The notes below the pieces were generated by a model. It was given only the letters and a program-made list of their open reading frames with translations. It was not told where the DNA came from and did no database searches. Shown piece by piece: positions 1 through 6,993 of a stretch of DNA of 20,509 nt (position 1 is its first letter; every line of letters begins with the position of its first letter). The position numbers and the translations under genes are program-made. Location: the IMG/VR virus record IMGVR_UViG_3300045963_000248, positions 1 to 20,509 of that record. One strand, written 5' to 3'. This DNA comes from a virus (lineage: Duplodnaviria; Heunggongvirae; Uroviricota; Caudoviricetes).

Positions 1-44
1 GCTATTGCTAGCTTTACAATTTCCAATGCTTTTTCCAATGTCAT
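1..44 (-). CDS. hypothetical protein, 5' part only (MTLEKALEIVKLAI...), runs off window
   Basis: Manually translated; ATG at 44 directly after the stop of 46..291. Confidence 0.55.
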   Translation of the reverse strand, partial: MTLEKALEIVKLAI

Positions 45-45
45 T

Positions 46-291
46 TTATGCTCCCTTTTTCCAGAAATGATTTGTGAACGTTTTTGTGGCATGCTGTGCA
101 TGTTTTACATTATGTGTTACTAATTTATTAAATACCGTTACAGAGCTGTCTAAATACTGTTCCGCAGCTTCGGAATGCCCTGCTGCCACAAGAGCTTTAA
201 AAATCATCATGTAGGTACGAATCTGTTTAATTAGTATTAACTGATCCTCCCTGTGTTTAGCGCATTTAAATTTTATTTCTAAATGTTTCAT
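46..291 (-). CDS. hypothetical protein
   Basis: ORF track, 81 aa, tightly packed in minus-strand operon. Confidence 0.75.
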   Translation of the reverse strand: MKHLEIKFKCAKHREDQLILIKQIRTYMMIFKALVAAGHSEAAEQYLDSSVTVFNKLVTHNVKHAQHATKTFTNHFWKKGA

Positions 292-293
292 AA

Positions 294-584
294 TTACTCT
301 ATAAATTTACAGGTTTTTAATACTTCAATTTCAAAAGCATCCAATATTAAATGTCTACGTAAAATAGTTTCTTCTTTTGCTAAAAATTTTAAGTGTTTGT
401 AAGCGTTTAGTCCTTGCATCTCTCTAAATATATCCTCTTCTTGGATTTTTTCAAGACAAGATTCCCAAATCCCACGAAGTTTCCAATCAATTTCCAAACA
501 TGTATAATAAGTTATATAAGTATTACCTTCTTTTAGCCTCTTCATCTCTTTTTTAAATTTGCGTTTAGTCATGTTTATTAGCAT
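294..584 (-). CDS. hypothetical protein
   Basis: 96 aa, AGGAG RBS and sigma70 promoter upstream. Confidence 0.8.
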   Translation of the reverse strand: MLINMTKRKFKKEMKRLKEGNTYITYYTCLEIDWKLRGIWESCLEKIQEEDIFREMQGLNAYKHLKFLAKEETILRRHLILDAFEIEVLKTCKFIE

Positions 585-601
585 AAGTACTCCTGTTTAT
601 T

Positions 602-629
602 ATAATACCAAAATTTTAAAGTTTGTCAA
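602..629 (-). promoter_or_regulatory. sigma70-type promoter
   Basis: TTGACA-N16-TATTAT with TGn extended -10, upstream of 294..584. Confidence 0.6.
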
Positions 630-903
630 CTTGCAATATGCTGTTTAGTATAGTATAAATGTAAACTTGTATATAATACAATAAGATACCGAAAAGAATT
701 GCCGCTACCAAACAGCCTAAATCGCATAGCATCGACTCGAATTCCGGCGGGAAGTAAAAACAGAATGCAAATCCTCCCAGTGAAGCAAATGTTGCAGAGA
801 GCGTTTTAATATTGTGCTCATCTGAAATTTCCAATATAAACATGTAAAAAGTAAATACTAAAAATAAAGCTAATCCAATAAATCCTAGTATTTTTAAAAT
901 CAT
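616..903 (-). CDS. membrane protein (about 3 hydrophobic segments)
   Basis: Hydrophobic stretches ILGFIGLALFLVFTFYMFIL, ATFASLGGFAFCFYF, LGCLVAAILFGILLYYI; GAGG RBS. Confidence 0.75.
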   Translation of the reverse strand: MILKILGFIGLALFLVFTFYMFILEISDEHNIKTLSATFASLGGFAFCFYFPPEFESMLCDLGCLVAAILFGILLYYIQVYIYTILNSILQVDKL

Positions 904-905
904 AA

Positions 906-1094
906 TTACCTCATTATGTTTTCTATCTGTCTGTTTAGGTCTTCTCGTGCCTCTATTAGCTCTGTAAGCGCCTCGTATTGCGCTTTCATAAAGTTTTTGT
1001 ATGTTTCGTCTGCATAAATTCTAGCTACTGTTTTAGGATTTGCTAGCTCTTCTTCAAATACTTCTTTAATTACTTTTAGTGATTCTAAATCCAT
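906..1094 (-). CDS. hypothetical helical protein (start re-assigned to MDLESL, 62 aa)
   Basis: GGGG RBS before ATG 1094; the upstream extension in the ORF track overlaps 1105..1245. Confidence 0.7.
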   Translation of the reverse strand: MDLESLKVIKEVFEEELANPKTVARIYADETYKNFMKAQYEALTELIEAREDLNRQIENIMR

Positions 1095-1104
1095 ATTTTC
1101 CCCC

Positions 1105-1245
1105 TTATAGTTTACTTTTAAGTTTAATAGCTTCTTCTTTAATTTCTGCTCGGTGTTTAAATAAAGCGTATACAAAGCCAATCCCGTAAGCTACTCCGTA
1201 AAATAACATTATAGCTAGAACTAAGTTTAGAATGCTGTTTAACAT
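1105..1245 (-). CDS. small single-TM membrane protein, 46 aa (MLNSILNLVLAIMLFYGVAYGIGFVYALFKHRAEIKEEAIKLKSKL)
   Basis: Manual translation, not in ORF track; GGAG RBS; fills the gap exactly. Confidence 0.75.
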   Translation of the reverse strand: MLNSILNLVLAIMLFYGVAYGIGFVYALFKHRAEIKEEAIKLKSKL

Positions 1246-1254
1246 AAATAACTC

Positions 1255-1413
1255 CTATTTAATTATTCTACCCTGTTTAAAAATCTCTTTTTGCTGTTTA
1301 AGAGCTTCTTTCAGTTGTTTTCTATTTTTTAAAGTATACTCGATGCACCCAAAAGTAAACCCAATGCCATAAATTACTCCGAATCCAATTACTGCCGTCC
1401 AAAGTGGTTGCAT
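1255..1413 (-). CDS. small single-TM membrane protein, 52 aa (MQPLWTAVIGFGVIYGIGFTFGCIEYTLKNRKQLKEALKQQKEIFKQGRIIK)
   Basis: Manual translation; GGGG RBS; shares GVxYGIGF with 1105..1245. Confidence 0.75.
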   Translation of the reverse strand: MQPLWTAVIGFGVIYGIGFTFGCIEYTLKNRKQLKEALKQQKEIFKQGRIIK

Positions 1414-1422
1414 AAATCCCCC

Positions 1423-1734
1423 TTATAAAGTAGTTTTGTTTAGTCCGTCTATTACATCTTGAACATAACCTAAGTAAGCTAAGTCAATGCCTTCTATAGC
1501 CTCTACAATGTCGCCTAGTCCTAGTTTAGCAGGATAACTATAGCTAGTGCCTTTACCTCGGGAATCTCTGTCAATTAGCTGTTTACGATGTAATAGTATT
1601 AGTCCTCGCTGTACCATGTCATAATTTAAGTTTAACAGTTCACAGCCTTGTAATAGTGTTTTACCGTCCAGTAAGCTAGCGTTACGGTTACTTAGGAATT
1701 CTATAGTCTGTTTAGTTTCTGATTTAAGCTTCAT
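1423..1734 (-). CDS. Rrf2-like winged helix-turn-helix protein
   Basis: MKLKSETK start, RGKGxSY wing and LGDIVEAIEG resemble Rrf2/IscR patterns (RGxxGGY...LGDIIxAIEG); start taken at MKLKS. Confidence 0.6.
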   Translation of the reverse strand: MKLKSETKQTIEFLSNRNASLLDGKTLLQGCELLNLNYDMVQRGLILLHRKQLIDRDSRGKGTSYSYPAKLGLGDIVEAIEGIDLAYLGYVQDVIDGLNKTTL

Positions 1735-1879
1735 TTTTAACCTCAATACTATTAGTAAATAACTCTTGTTTATTCCTAGTTTCTATCCGTCCAGTTTCAT
1801 ATTTAATTACTGTTAAATTTTCTATGATAACTAATACAGTAAACAAATACCCAAACTGTTTATGCCGTCTTTGTTGCAT
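1724..1879 (-). CDS. hypothetical protein, 51 aa (MQQRRHKQFGYLFTVLVIIENLTVIKYETGRIETRNKQELFTNSIEVKNEA)
   Basis: Manual translation; AAGG RBS; fills the gap. Confidence 0.65.
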   Translation of the reverse strand: MQQRRHKQFGYLFTVLVIIENLTVIKYETGRIETRNKQELFTNSIEVKNEA

Positions 1880-1889
1880 GGTATACCTC

Positions 1890-2138
1890 TTAGTAAGTTT
1901 CGCCTTTATAAGACTCTCGTTTATCTATTTCGTGTTCAATGCAACTATCGCAGTACTCAGAGTCGTAATTTTGCTCTTTAAGCGGTTTATCGCATCTCGG
2001 GCAACAATCCCCAAGGTCATCAGTGTTTTGCTCTTCTAATAGCTGTTTATAAGCTATAAGCGCCTCTAAAATACTAGGATAATCTTCTCGGTTTATCTCG
2101 TGCCCGCGTTGTATTGTTTTTATAATATTATTCAGCAT
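1890..2138 (-). CDS. hypothetical protein with C-terminal zinc ribbon (CPRC...CDSC); start re-assigned to MLNNII
   Basis: Two CxxC pairs; ATG 2138 overlaps the end of 2128..2673. Confidence 0.7.
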   Translation of the reverse strand: MLNNIIKTIQRGHEINREDYPSILEALIAYKQLLEEQNTDDLGDCCPRCDKPLKEQNYDSEYCDSCIEHEIDKRESYKGETY

Positions 2139-2673
2139 TTTGTGCCTCTCTATTTTTAATTTCGATATCAAGTAATTCCGGATATTGTAAAATATCACAG
2201 TTTAGTACTAGTTTATCACAAAAATAATCGCCCTTAGCATTTTTACGAGACTCAAAAACTTTAATAGTGAAGTCGTCTAAGTTTAATTCGTAAGCATATT
2301 CGCAAAACAAACCATCATTTTTAAAGCTGCTATTATCCACTGTAGGCAATTCAAAAACTCCGATATTGATTGCCTGTAATTGATCTCTAATATTAGTATC
2401 TCGAGTAATTAAAGGATAATCAAGTTTTTTATATTCGTCACTTTTCGAATTCATTATATTATAAATTGAGTCAATTAATTCCGCGTCGTTCTCCGCTGAT
2501 AACAGTTTAACACGGTTTAAGTTTAGTATTAAGTTCTCGATACTGACTAAATCATTTTCAATGAATTCAGCTAAATCTTTTCCTTGACCGTCTAAATATC
2601 CATCCCATTGATTATATTTTGCTAGTTTTATTTTACCGTCGTGAATAATTGTAAATAAGTTTCTCGTTCCCAT
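2128..2673 (-). CDS. conserved phage hypothetical protein (MGTR...Y-x-Q-W-D-G-Y family)
   Basis: MGTR start, YNQWDGY and CEYAYELNLD motifs recalled from a common phage early-gene family; GAGG RBS. Confidence 0.75.
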   Translation of the reverse strand: MGTRNLFTIIHDGKIKLAKYNQWDGYLDGQGKDLAEFIENDLVSIENLILNLNRVKLLSAENDAELIDSIYNIMNSKSDEYKKLDYPLITRDTNIRDQLQAINIGVFELPTVDNSSFKNDGLFCEYAYELNLDDFTIKVFESRKNAKGDYFCDKLVLNCDILQYPELLDIEIKNREAQNAE

Positions 2674-2681
2674 TGTTTACC

Positions 2682-2949
2682 TCATTGATTTAAATATGAT
2701 TCATAATTTCTAATTTTAGAGCGTTTATTAGTTTGTTTATTTTTAAATTGCACTTGAATATCTAGTTTAATTAAAGCGTTTACGTAAGTACTTAAATCTT
2801 GATCCTCTTCTAAGTATACGAATTCACCGCGCTGATAACTACAACTAGTAATATCGTTTTGAATTCCTAGTTTAATTAGTTCACTTCTTTTTACCTTAGC
2901 CCAACCGTGCCCGGGGGTCTGATAATGCATGTCTTATTATTCGTTTCAT
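2682..2949 (-). CDS. conserved phage hypothetical protein (PGHGW...SY...YLEED family), probable 1-nt frameshift at 2913-2917
   Basis: PGHGW and YLEEDxD motifs; removing one base of the 5-nt run joins ATG 2949 (MKRIIRHALSD) to PGHGW; otherwise 2682..2930 as in the ORF track. Confidence 0.65.
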
Positions 2950-2950
2950 T

Positions 2951-3565
2951 TTAAGCCGCCTTGTTTATAAACGCATTTCCATTATGTTTTTTGCCGCCGT
3001 GATATACCAGTGCTATTTTTTGCTCATATACCGCGTTTAAATCGGACTCAATTGCTTTACTGTAATTGTCGGGGATATCGGCTTCATTTTCCCAAACTTT
3101 TGCATGCGCTTTATTTTCGTCAATTGGATTTATTCCGCCTTGAGATTGTATCATTTTAAAGTTTTCAGGTAAAATCATACCGTCGAACATTTTAAAACTT
3201 TTCGTATAAGCATAAAAAATAACATGAGGTAAGCCTTCCATAACTAAAATCCATTTAGAGATATACTCCCGACTGTAAAAATCCCCCGCAGAATGAATTC
3301 TAATTATGTTTGCTTTACTAGTTATTATTTCTCCGATCATTTCTACACTAAATGAGTCAAGTAATGAAGCCGCTAAATTCGCCTCATGTTTACGCTTTAC
3401 GCCTGAAAAATTATAAGTTCCTTGTCGGGCGTAACAATTCGCAATACAGTCTTTTGCATGCGGGCACGTTATTAGTCCGGTACTTGACTTATATGCAGGG
3501 ATATCAAAATTGAAAATATTATCTTTTTTTAGTTTAGAGTTACTTGTCAATAATTTTAATTTCAT
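2951..3565 (-). CDS. phage gp88-like protein (Cys-rich, Fe-S/radical-SAM-like fold)
   Basis: NSKL, TCPxAxxCxxxCYA, IRIHSAGDF and FYAYTKS motifs. Confidence 0.75.
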   Translation of the reverse strand: MKLKLLTSNSKLKKDNIFNFDIPAYKSSTGLITCPHAKDCIANCYARQGTYNFSGVKRKHEANLAASLLDSFSVEMIGEIITSKANIIRIHSAGDFYSREYISKWILVMEGLPHVIFYAYTKSFKMFDGMILPENFKMIQSQGGINPIDENKAHAKVWENEADIPDNYSKAIESDLNAVYEQKIALVYHGGKKHNGNAFINKAA

Positions 3566-3586
3566 TTTGCTCCCCTTGTTACTTAT

Positions 3587-3615
3587 ATAATATAAAAATT
3601 AAGTAAACTAGTCAA
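3587..3615 (-). promoter_or_regulatory. sigma70-type promoter
   Basis: TTGACT-N17-TATTAT followed by GGGGAG RBS and ATG 3565. Confidence 0.7.
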
Positions 3616-3618
3616 GTA

Positions 3619-3819
3619 TTAATCTTCAATTATTTCATTATTTGATCGGTCAAGCCATCCTTTGGAATAGCCTAGTTCTTCTAAGTCATCTAAAGCACTA
3701 CTTAAACCATCGTAAGCATTATAAATATTGATATCATCTATTTGCTCATTCCAAGTCCCTAAAGTACCGGCTAATTTATAAAGTGTTGATCTCATTCCTA
3801 TAAATTCATACTTTGTCAT
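3619..3819 (-). CDS. hypothetical protein
   Basis: 66 aa, GAGG RBS. Confidence 0.7.
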   Translation of the reverse strand: MTKYEFIGMRSTLYKLAGTLGTWNEQIDDINIYNAYDGLSSALDDLEELGYSKGWLDRSNNEIIED

Positions 3820-3879
3820 AAATACCTCATTTTAAATTAAGTGACTTTTTAATCTTTTTTATTTTCCATAAAATCCCCC

Positions 3880-4140
3880 TTAAAAAATATACTCTTGACC
3901 CTCAAATTTAATACGCTTTAAAGTATTGACGTTTATCGTTCTATAAGCTTCTTTTTGCATGTCAAAAACAATTAAGTGACCTAATTCAGCGGGATTATGA
4001 TTTAGTTCTCCACCCTTTAAGTGTTTAGTTACTCCGAACCTGCAAACCATCTCACGTACTGAACCATCTTTTTTTACGAATTCAACTGAAAAGATTTTGT
4101 TTCCAATTGTTTTTTTAATTTCTGTTATTAAATTTTCCAT
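3880..4140 (-). CDS. phage SH3/Sm-fold protein (WYL_2/DUF2693-like)
   Basis: FSVEFVKKDGSVREMVCR ... VFDMQKEAYRTIN pattern. Confidence 0.65.
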   Translation of the reverse strand: MENLITEIKKTIGNKIFSVEFVKKDGSVREMVCRFGVTKHLKGGELNHNPAELGHLIVFDMQKEAYRTINVNTLKRIKFEGQEYIF

Positions 4141-4157
4141 ATTATCCCCTTAATTCA

Positions 4158-4184
4158 GAGCGTGGGAGATTTTATCCCACGCCC
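4158..4184 (-). other. GC-rich stem-loop after DUF932-like gene (no U tract)
   Basis: GGGCGTGGGA-N7-TCCCACGCTC, 10 bp stem with one G-U pair. Confidence 0.5.
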
Positions 4185-4197
4185 TTATTAGTTTATT

Positions 4198-4932
4198 TTA
4201 AGATGCGACTGCTAAATCCCATAATTCACTGTTAATTCGATTTTGTTCATCAAGTGATTTAATAGCGCGTAGTTTACTTATTTTACCGTTCTCATTTACT
4301 ACATTAAACCCGGTTCTTATAATATTTTCCTGTACTACATTAAAAACGCTGAATGCATCGCTGGCTTGATCTTCAGCACGCTTTACTTCAAACATCGGTA
4401 AAACATTACTTAATTTTTCTGAGTAACCACGAATTTTTAGAGCTTCATTCGTGAATTTTTGCAATTGTTCAGCATTCCATTTTTTAGATTGCAGAGATTC
4501 AATTGATTCAAATACTTTATTTTTTTGGTCTAATATCATTTCAATCGTATCATTTATTTTACCTGCATTCTCTAAAGTATGTCTTAAGGTTACTGGTGTA
4601 ACTATCGATTTACCAATTACTAAGCCATTCGAACATACCATACGCCAAAATCCTAGCTGAAATCTTAAAGCTGTACTACCCTCATGAGAATTAGTAACTA
4701 ATAACTGTAATTGACCGTCTTTAGTCTTCATTCCTGTATTAAAGAGCATGCGATGTTTTTGAAAACCTTGGCGCACCTCTTTATTTTTTCTGATTTTCAT
4801 TTCAACCAATTTATCTAGTTGCAAACCGGATTTTTCTAATTGAGCAACTAAGTTACTTGAAGAAATAAAACCGAATTTTGAAGAACCTAAGTGATTTACT
4901 TGATCTAAACAATTTAATTTTTCAGTATTCAT
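4198..4932 (-). CDS. DUF932/DUF945 family protein
   Basis: LVTNSHEGS...GFWRMVCSNGL signature, H-x-motif (LRHT) and AFSVFNVVQE. Confidence 0.85.
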   Translation of the reverse strand: MNTEKLNCLDQVNHLGSSKFGFISSSNLVAQLEKSGLQLDKLVEMKIRKNKEVRQGFQKHRMLFNTGMKTKDGQLQLLVTNSHEGSTALRFQLGFWRMVCSNGLVIGKSIVTPVTLRHTLENAGKINDTIEMILDQKNKVFESIESLQSKKWNAEQLQKFTNEALKIRGYSEKLSNVLPMFEVKRAEDQASDAFSVFNVVQENIIRTGFNVVNENGKISKLRAIKSLDEQNRINSELWDLAVAS

Positions 4933-4961
4933 TTTTTACTCCCGTGTTAAAATTTTGAGAT

Positions 4962-5232
4962 ATCATATTACTAATTAAGTTAACTAATATTATTTAATAA
5001 CCACGTTCAATTTAATTTCTCGTAAAATGTAATCATATTGATTAAAGGCATTTTGAAAAGAGAAGTGATCGTACTTGATCTCGTGCCCGTTGGTATGAGT
5101 GAATAATACACGGTAGAACGGTTTTTTTGAGTCGGTCGAAGCATATTTTATTTGAAGTGTAACACTCATATAATCCCCCCCCTTTAAAAATTTTAGATCA
5201 TACCTGATATTAAATCATATTACTAATTAAGT
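4962..5232. repeat. 19-bp identical direct repeat ATCATATTACTAATTAAGT (4962-4980 and 5214-5232)
   Basis: Read directly; each copy lies just upstream of a minus-strand gene. Confidence 0.85.
4990..5169 (-). CDS. hypothetical protein, 59 aa (MSVTLQIKYASTDSKKPFYRVLFTHTNGHEIKYDHFSFQNAFNQYDYILREIKLNVVIK)
   Basis: Manual translation; G-run RBS; sigma70 promoter upstream. Confidence 0.75.
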   Translation of the reverse strand: MSVTLQIKYASTDSKKPFYRVLFTHTNGHEIKYDHFSFQNAFNQYDYILREIKLNVVIK

Positions 5233-5235
5233 CAA
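5207..5235 (-). promoter_or_regulatory. sigma70-type promoter
   Basis: TTGACT-N17-TAATAT. Confidence 0.65.
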
Positions 5236-5241
5236 GTAATA

Positions 5242-5484
5242 TTATACTTTTCTTTTCGAACCTATTTTTTTAATATAATAACCGTCTGAAAAAATCGAAT
5301 AACCGGCTTGAAAATTGACAACTAAACCAATCTCAAGGGTATATTTTGGCATCTCATGCTTGAATAATGAAGCTTGTAATATATGCCCATTATTTAATTT
5401 AACACTTATAAGGGTTGAATTCATACCTAATTGAATTGATTGAATTTTACCAAAAGAACGGTGAACTTTATTTGGATTTATCAT
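5242..5484 (-). CDS. hypothetical beta-rich protein
   Basis: 80 aa, GGGAG RBS, sigma54 motif upstream. Confidence 0.75.
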   Translation of the reverse strand: MINPNKVHRSFGKIQSIQLGMNSTLISVKLNNGHILQASLFKHEMPKYTLEIGLVVNFQAGYSIFSDGYYIKKIGSKRKV

Positions 5485-5519
5485 GGTTGACTCCCTTTGT
5501 CGGTTATACTAATATATAA

Positions 5520-5535
5520 AGCAGGAACCGTGCCA
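5520..5535 (-). promoter_or_regulatory. sigma54 (RpoN) -24/-12 promoter
   Basis: TGGCACGGTTCCTGCT, GG-N10-GC spacing, about 36 nt upstream of ATG 5484. Confidence 0.7.
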
Positions 5536-5909
5536 ACTGGAAAGCTATGATATTATTGAATAAACTAATATTGTTGTGACTAAACTATATACGAAAAGCG
5601 TAATTTCCTAGTAATTACGCGCTGTCAGGAAAATATACACTGTCAACGATTAGTACAGGATAACATATTGAAAGATGGTAATATCATTGATTACAATGAC
5701 TTAACTTGAGTGACATCCTTATATGCATGTTAAAAATTGATTTAAAGTAAAAGGGTAAAAAACAATGTCATTCCTCACTTACTTAATTCAGCCGTCAACC
5801 ATTATATTATCAGTGCCAAAATGCCACCACCTTTAAGACTTACGTAAAAGTTACGCATTGAAAACTTCTATACCCGATAACTACTATTATCGGTAATAAC
5901 AATTACATA

Positions 5910-5982
5910 TGCAATTAGCATGCCTTTGCAATAATCATGCCACATTACTTGGCACACAACTTGCAATGCAAGAGCCATGCCT
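5910..5982. promoter_or_regulatory. cluster of four sigma54-type -24/-12 motifs
   Basis: Minus: AGGCATGCTAATTGCA (5910-5925), TGGCATGATTATTGCA (5927-5942), AGGCATGGCTCTTGCA (5967-5982). Plus: TGGCACACAACTTGCA (5950-5965). All GG-N10-GC. Confidence 0.7.
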
Positions 5983-6576
5983 TAAGGTTATCTTAAGGTT
6001 AGCACTCTAAGGGGGGGTAGGTGACTTCGTCGCCGTCAAATAAACTTACACTCTCTATATACCTACTAGGAACTACCTAAGTTGTGCAAGCTCAAACAGC
6101 TATTCCTATGTATCTGATAGTACGTACTCGTATGACACTATAGCATTATGTTGCTAGGAGCCATAGGAAGCCTTTGGAGAGGCTCCGGGGATACTGGAGG
6201 GTAGTTATTCATGAAGGTTCGCAGCAGACAATACAATAGCTATGGGGTGAAGACCTCATTTGGAATTGTATCGATATCATTCCCGGGTTTGTTGTGCCGT
6301 TTCAGATACCAAGTGCTACCATAAGCTTGTTTCAGGATTCCCGAAGGCTTGTTTGAGGTAGTATAGTGTTCAGGTTGTGCATGCTGAACGAAGTAGTGGC
6401 TTGGGTAACGCTCAGATCTTAATCTTCGATGCTGAGTGGTATGTGCATTGCTGCTCGCGGGATGCCGCCGCTTGGCTACCTGTCCCTAATCAATATCTCT
6501 TACCTTAAGTTAGCCGCTAAGCGGGGATATTTGGTCTTTCCTTAATAACGTCCCAAGACGCTCTCTACCTTAAGTT
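5980..6576. other. non-coding, repeat/palindrome-rich region; candidate genome terminus/packaging region
   Basis: No credible ORF; CTTAAG copies near 5981, 5992, 6504 and 6569; G7 at 6011-6017; several palindromes. Confidence 0.4.
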
Positions 6577-6788
6577 GTTAAAAAAGCCTCAGTTGTATGT
6601 ATTAAATTATAGTTAGCTTTCACTAAAGAGAAAAGTTCTTTATCGAAAAGTTCTTTATCAAATAACATTGAATTCCAATTAGTACCTACATATTTGTAAA
6701 AGTACATATTTTTTCGCTTGGAAGGAGCTATGAATACAGTATTCTCGGGATAAATTTCCCCGTTCTCGTCGAAGTAACCAAGTCTCAT
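6570..6788 (-). CDS. N-terminal motif family protein (MRLGYFDENGEI)
   Basis: 72 aa, GGGGG RBS, shared N-terminal motif. Confidence 0.8.
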   Translation of the reverse strand: MRLGYFDENGEIYPENTVFIAPSKRKNMYFYKYVGTNWNSMLFDKELFDKELFSLVKANYNLIHTTEAFLTT

Positions 6789-6993
6789 CTTTATCCCCCG
6801 GGTCGTATACTACCATCCCTCCTGGCAAGTTCATTATAGCATGGGCGCTTTGGATTCCTAATGGAGGAGTATACATTTGCTGAGTCATAGCCCTCCCATA
6901 AGCTCTAGACAAAGCGTCCACCTGCTCCCGGAATGCCCTTAGCGGGTATCCTTTTTCTATTTCCCCATCCTCTGTGAAGTACTCAAGTTTCAT
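6679..6993 (-). CDS. N-terminal motif family protein (MKLEYFTEDGEI); 3' end uncertain
   Basis: AAGGA RBS, motif; 110-nt overlap with 6570..6788 depends on the C5 run at 6795-6799. Confidence 0.75.
   Translation of the reverse strand: MKLEYFTEDGEIEKGYPLRAFREQVDALSRAYGRAMTQQMYTPPLGIQSAHAIMNLPGGMVVYDPGDKDETWLLRRERGNLSREYCIHSSFQAKKYVLLQICRY

Noticed and set aside
1824-2039. Plus-strand 71-aa ORF
   Set aside because: Antisense to well-supported minus-strand genes; no RBS
4451-4660. Plus-strand 69-aa ORF
   Set aside because: Antisense shadow inside the DUF932-like gene
5660-5745. IHF-binding sites
   Set aside because: AATCAA cores present but the downstream TTR element does not match; too weak in an AT-rich region
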